Shown here: positions 56,191 to 64,000 of the stretch, piece after piece
How positions within the stretch are numbered: the first letter of the stretch is position 1
How the letters are laid out: every line of letters starts with the position of its first letter
From: the human T2T-CHM13v2.0 reference genome, Homo sapiens
DNA length: 64,000 nucleotides
Assembly: GCF_009914755.1 (NCBI RefSeq)
Contig: NC_060939.1
Direction: 5' to 3' (one strand)
The notes under the pieces: generated by a model
The model's input: only the letters and a program-made list of their open reading frames with translations
The model's database searches: none
What the model was told of the DNA's origin: nothing
Position numbers and translations under genes: made by a program

Positions 56191-57142
56191 TGTTATAACT
56201 ACTAAATGTTAGAAAATGTAGATATAACGAGATATGGATATAAGAAACAAATGATCAACACTAATAAAAGAGAAGAATTTGAAAATACAGTGCCTCTACA
56301 CACTGTGTAGAGAAGGGAAGTTTCCTGAAAGCTGTAGTGTACCATTGCTGAACTCTGCACCAATCCCACTCTATGAACCAGACCTAAATAATCCTCTTAA
56401 AACATTTTTTAAAAGTAATCTTAGCTATTATCATAATAGCAGAACAGTTCCTATTACCTTCTAGTTGCCTCTTCAGTTTTCTCAAATCTTTTATGAGGTC
56501 TTCAAACTTGACTTGGGAGGCCAGAAAGAAATCCTGTGGTTCCGGCAAGGGGAAAACACTCTTTTCTGTTCCAGCTTCCTAAGAGATATGGTAAACAAAA
56601 GTACATTATACTTCCCAATTGTCACTTTCAGTTGAAATTCCAAAGCATCAATGAGAAAAAAAAAAGCTTTTTTATTGGATGTCTGAGTAAGAATCATAGC
56701 AATGCTCCTCTGCTATTCCTAAATTTGGACTTGTGACTTTGAAGTGCTTTCTTGTCTTTCACAATCTCTTTTTGGACTTATTGGCAATGAGGTCGGCTAT
56801 GGCATGGGCCAGGTTCTATTTTGCCTCATGAATCAAAGAGAAAATTGTCAGGTCGTCCTGATCTTGGACACTCCACTCCCATGAAAAATGGAAGAGGGGA
56901 ACACATGAAAGTACTTACATTTGAAGTCCCCATTTGATTTACACATGCTAGCAATTAGACAAGTCATCTTTGGGGCATACCAATGGGTGTGAATCAGAAG
57001 GTGCTGGATAAGAAGGCACTGCAATGGAAGATACAATCACCCTCCCATCACCTTTCCTCACCTTTCTCTGTGGCTTAAAGCTCTTCTGTGTGCATGCATG
57101 ATCAGATTCTTTGTATATGGGTGTATCTACACATATACACAG

Positions 57143-57402
57143 GTTTTTTTTTTTTTTTTTTGGAGATAGGGCCTTGCTTTGTCACCCAGGCTTGAGTGCA
57201 CTGACACAATCACGGTTCACTGCAGCCTTGACCTTCCAGGTCCAAGCGATCCTTCTAGTTCAGCCTATTAGCTGGGACCACAGGTACGTGCCACCATACC
57301 CAGCTAATTTTTAATTTTTTGTAGAGACGGGGGTCTCACCATGTTGCCTAGGCTGGTCTCTAACTCCTGGGCTCAAGCGATCCTCCAGCCTTGGCTTCCC
57401 CA
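57143..57402 (-). mobile_element. AluJ, 5'-truncated
   Basis: CACTGCAGCCTTGACCTTCC and CTCCTGGGCTCAAGCGATCCTCC. Confidence 0.9.
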
Positions 57403-58069
57403 AAATTCTTCATATATTTGAAAAGCTTTTGCAAATGTTGTCTGGCTTATCTTAGGAGACCGAGGGCAGGGTGAAGTATAGTTTTAACAAGCTCCACTGC
57501 TATAGCTAATGGAGAATTCTCAGCTGAGAAACATCTTGAAGGACAAAAGCTTCAGGCACATGAGCCTCAAATATCTTTTCCAGTCTAGCTAGCTTTCTCC
57601 CTGAGTTGTTTAACGTAAGCTTTGTATCTTGCATGTCTTAGGCCGTCTTCAATTATTCCTCTCTCTGCACAGGCTACTTTGCCAGCTTTCCTTCACATTC
57701 CATCTTCCCTACTGCCATTAGGACTAATTCCAAACTCTAAAACTGCTTTACAAGGCACTTTATGATCTGGCCTCTGTCTACATCTCTGGCCTCATTTTTA
57801 CCTTCCCCCTATCTCCAACTCCCTCTAGACCTTCATGAAATAACAGACCACAATCTCTTGCTTCTAGGCCTTTGTCTATAAAATGGTCCCTTTCCGACCC
57901 TTCCCTAGTGCCTCCTTACACTTCCTTGTTCATACTCATCCTTTAAGTCTTAAAACAAACGTCCTTCCTTAAAGATTTCCCCTAACCTCCAGCACGTGGG
58001 TGTTTCTCCCCTGTTCTCCAAAGGCCTATGACGCTTACATTATCACAGCATTTATCACCATTAATTTTT

Positions 58070-61128
<3,059 letters not shown>

Positions 61129-61652
61129 TATCACCATTAATTTTTAAATTGCCATGTTATCTTGTACATCTTCCCCACTAGACTCTAAACACCTCAGAGG
61201 CAGAAACTGTGTCTTGTTCTTGGTATGGTAAACAACATCTGGCATATCAATAAGCTTTATTTTTGGTTGATGGGCACTACTACAGAGGGCTTGTAAAACA
61301 TGGTTCTGAGATGTATGTACCTTTAGCAGGAGACATCTAATTTATCACTATGTTTTCTTGTAGTTTCAGGAATCCTCTTGACCCTTCCTCTTTAAGGCCA
61401 TTAGCTTTGTTAGGGATACTAGGATACAGTAGTTTTCTTCATTTTATCAGACACAATGTACTTTTTTCCCCCATCTTCATATACTTATTTTACTACTTTA
61501 AAATGGAAGCAGTACTCTCATCTGAGTGCCAAGATGGAACAACATCTAAGATCCTCACTACAAAGCTCCATGCTAATCTATGCTGGAAGAACTCAGGCAT
61601 AGTATCTCTTTCCATTTTCCAAAACTTTATCAGATTCAGTCCTGGTTTTGAT

Positions 61653-61685
61653 TGCGTGTGTGTGTGTGCGCGCTCGTGCGCGCGC
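61653..61685. repeat. (TG)n(CG)n tract
   Basis: TGCGTGTGTGTGTGTGCGCGCTCGTGCGCGCGC. Confidence 0.9.
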
Positions 61686-62466
61686 TAGAAAAAAGGAAAT
61701 GTTGCTGAGTGTATCAGGCTGGTAGCAGCTCTTATGAAAGCTGCTTAATTAGAGTTAAAAAGGCATGACTCTACATGGGTTTCTTTAAATTTCACAGACC
61801 AAGACTTGGACCAAAAACCAGGCATGAGAATAAGGAAGCAGGGAGCAGGAGTCATCTTTCTTTAGCTAATTGCTCATCACCACTAACCAAAAAAGTCATC
61901 ACTTAGGCTCCTAGAGGAAAGGGCCAGTTTCATAAATCACATAATTCTACCCTCTTGTTGAGTGAAATGCATTTTGCACAGTAAAAGCCAGAAGAGCACC
62001 ACACTACTGTGGGCTTATTTTTCCTAGACTGGGCCATCCCATGTTTGAAACTGTTCTCATTGTAAGATTTTCCTCTGTGAAGTTGATTCCACTGGGTTCA
62101 GCTCTTTTCAACCACAACTATATTCCACAGGCATATTTCAGCCTTCCCACACAATGCATTTGACTTGGTTGGGGTAGGTACTACCAATAAATCTGCCCAT
62201 GCCAACCTAGGGTTAGAAATGTCACCCTCAAAGATTCTTCAGGATAATTCTTCTGCCACACTAGTACCTGCTGTCAAAACCTAGGGTATGTGCTTATGTG
62301 CCCGCTGCTGCTTCTTAATTTCCTGAAGCTAAACATGCCTTCCTCACTCCACCAGAAAACAGCTCTCATCTCCTCATATCTAGTTCTTTACAGATGCCAC
62401 TTATTACACGTTTGTGAATATTAACATTATATCCAGTTCAGCAAGTTTTATCAGACACCTGTATTA

Positions 62467-62907
<441 letters not shown>

Positions 62908-63004
62908 TCAGGCTTCAAAGCCTTCCTTCAAAGATCAGGATGTTAATAACGACCTCAAAAAAGGGCCATGTAAGATTAGACTAAGTTATTTTTCACTACA
63001 TCTT

Positions 63005-63476
63005 TTTTCCTGTTTACAAAAGTGATACATGTTCATTATGTTTAGTAATGGAAAGAGAGAAGACAGTTAAAAAAAAAAAAACGCTTACAATCCTAATATT
63101 CAGAAACATTTTAATGTATTTTTTTCAGGTTATTCTGTGTGTGTATTTATATTTATCTACTACATATTTGGTATTATACTATATGTTATTTTGAAACACT
63201 GCTTGTAAATTAAAAGCAGATCAAAATTATTTTCTAATACCACTATATTCTCTCCTATACACTCTCCATAAGAGTATATTATTCCAGTGTGTGACTCTAG
63301 TATAATTTATTTGACCTTGGTCTCCATCATTGTACACCTACCAAAATTTTTCCAATATTTTGCTATCATAAGCTATTATAAGTAAATAGTCATTAAATCC
63401 TTAGTTGTTTTCTTAGGGTAGAAATTTCTTAAAAGGTTACACGTATTTCTAGGGCTGTTGATACAGAAAGGTTGAA
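63005..63476 (-). mobile_element. Old L1ME-like 3' fragment hosting the U13 retrocopy
   Basis: TACAAAAGTGATACATGTTCATT, TATTCCAGTGTGTG...TATAATTTATTTGACC, TTTCCAATATTTTGCTAT, TTTTCTTAGGGTAGAAATTTCT. Confidence 0.6.
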
Positions 63477-63486
63477 AACCTTGCTT

Positions 63487-63670
63487 ATGATCCTGAGATT
63501 CATGAGTGTGATGGATTGGGTGTTCGTATGCATGTGTGAGATGCGCCACCATTGAACCTTGTTAAGATATGGACACATTACCTGTCTGACATGAAGAAAA
63601 AAGGAAAAAATGAAAAAATGTGGGAAAAAAGGGAAACAAAAAGAGGAAGGAAAAAAAAAAACAAAAACAC
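63487..63670 (+). pseudogene. SNORD13 (pseudogene copy): U13 (SNORD13) box C/D snoRNA retrocopy with A-rich tail
   Basis: 63487-63593 TTCATGAGTGTGATGGATTGGGTGTTC...GTGTGAGATGCGCCACCATTGAACCTTGTTA...CACATTACCTGTCTGAC matches U13. Box D CTGA at 63586-63589; box C disrupted (TGATGGA). A-rich tail to 63670. TSD AACCTTGCTT at 63477-63486 and 63671-63680. Confidence 0.92.
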
Positions 63671-64000
63671 AACCTTGCTTGCCCATAAAGCATACATGTA
63701 TAAATTAGGAAAATGTGTTCCTGTAGGTAGGAACAGCTTTATGGGCAAACAGCTTGACAAGCACATGGCATCTTTATGTGAATTTTTTAAAGTGTGCCCT
63801 TTATAGGATGTATAATTTGGTGAATCAACGGCAGGCTAAATATGAGTCCCATTTGACTTAGAGACCTTAAACAGAGAATATATTGATTTACCATACATGA
63901 CAGTCCTGAGAAAGGTTTGATCAATTTACAGTGCTAATTCTATATATCTAGTTGGCAATTTATGTCTTCTATATGTCTTTTGTAAATTGCCTGTGATATA

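Overview
This is primate (human-like) non-coding genomic DNA, intronic or intergenic. I cannot support any intact protein-coding gene, CpG island, tRNA, rRNA or CRISPR array, and I cannot name the locus. Much of the window is interspersed repeat: 21 Alu copies or fragments (J, S and Y classes), L1 remnants of several ages (largest a ~3 kb 5'-truncated L1PB1-like copy at 58070-61128), L2 and MIR relics, two MLT1 solo LTRs, and DNA-transposon fossils (MER104, MER33, MER5, Tigger3, MER53). Two retrocopies have clear target-site duplications (TSDs): a full-length disabled MAP1LC3B processed pseudogene (minus, 4980-5712) and a U13/SNORD13 snoRNA retrocopy (plus, 63487-63670). Three structures are not explained by these repeats: a ~200-bp inverted duplication of apparently unique sequence (3210-3414 vs 4459-4659) with a template-switch-like junction; a 90-nt fold-back hairpin inside the Tigger3 copy (36565-36654); and a ~150-bp direct duplication bracketing ~1 kb of old L1-like sequence (48009-48159 vs 49216-49368). 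Motif-level regulatory candidates are an NRF2/AP-1 composite (42167-42199), two CTCF-like sites, a YY1 site and several enhancer-like clusters. I found no convincing new multi-gene system. Repeat subfamily names come from remembered consensus sequences, identities are hand estimates, and boundaries of old repeats are approximate.
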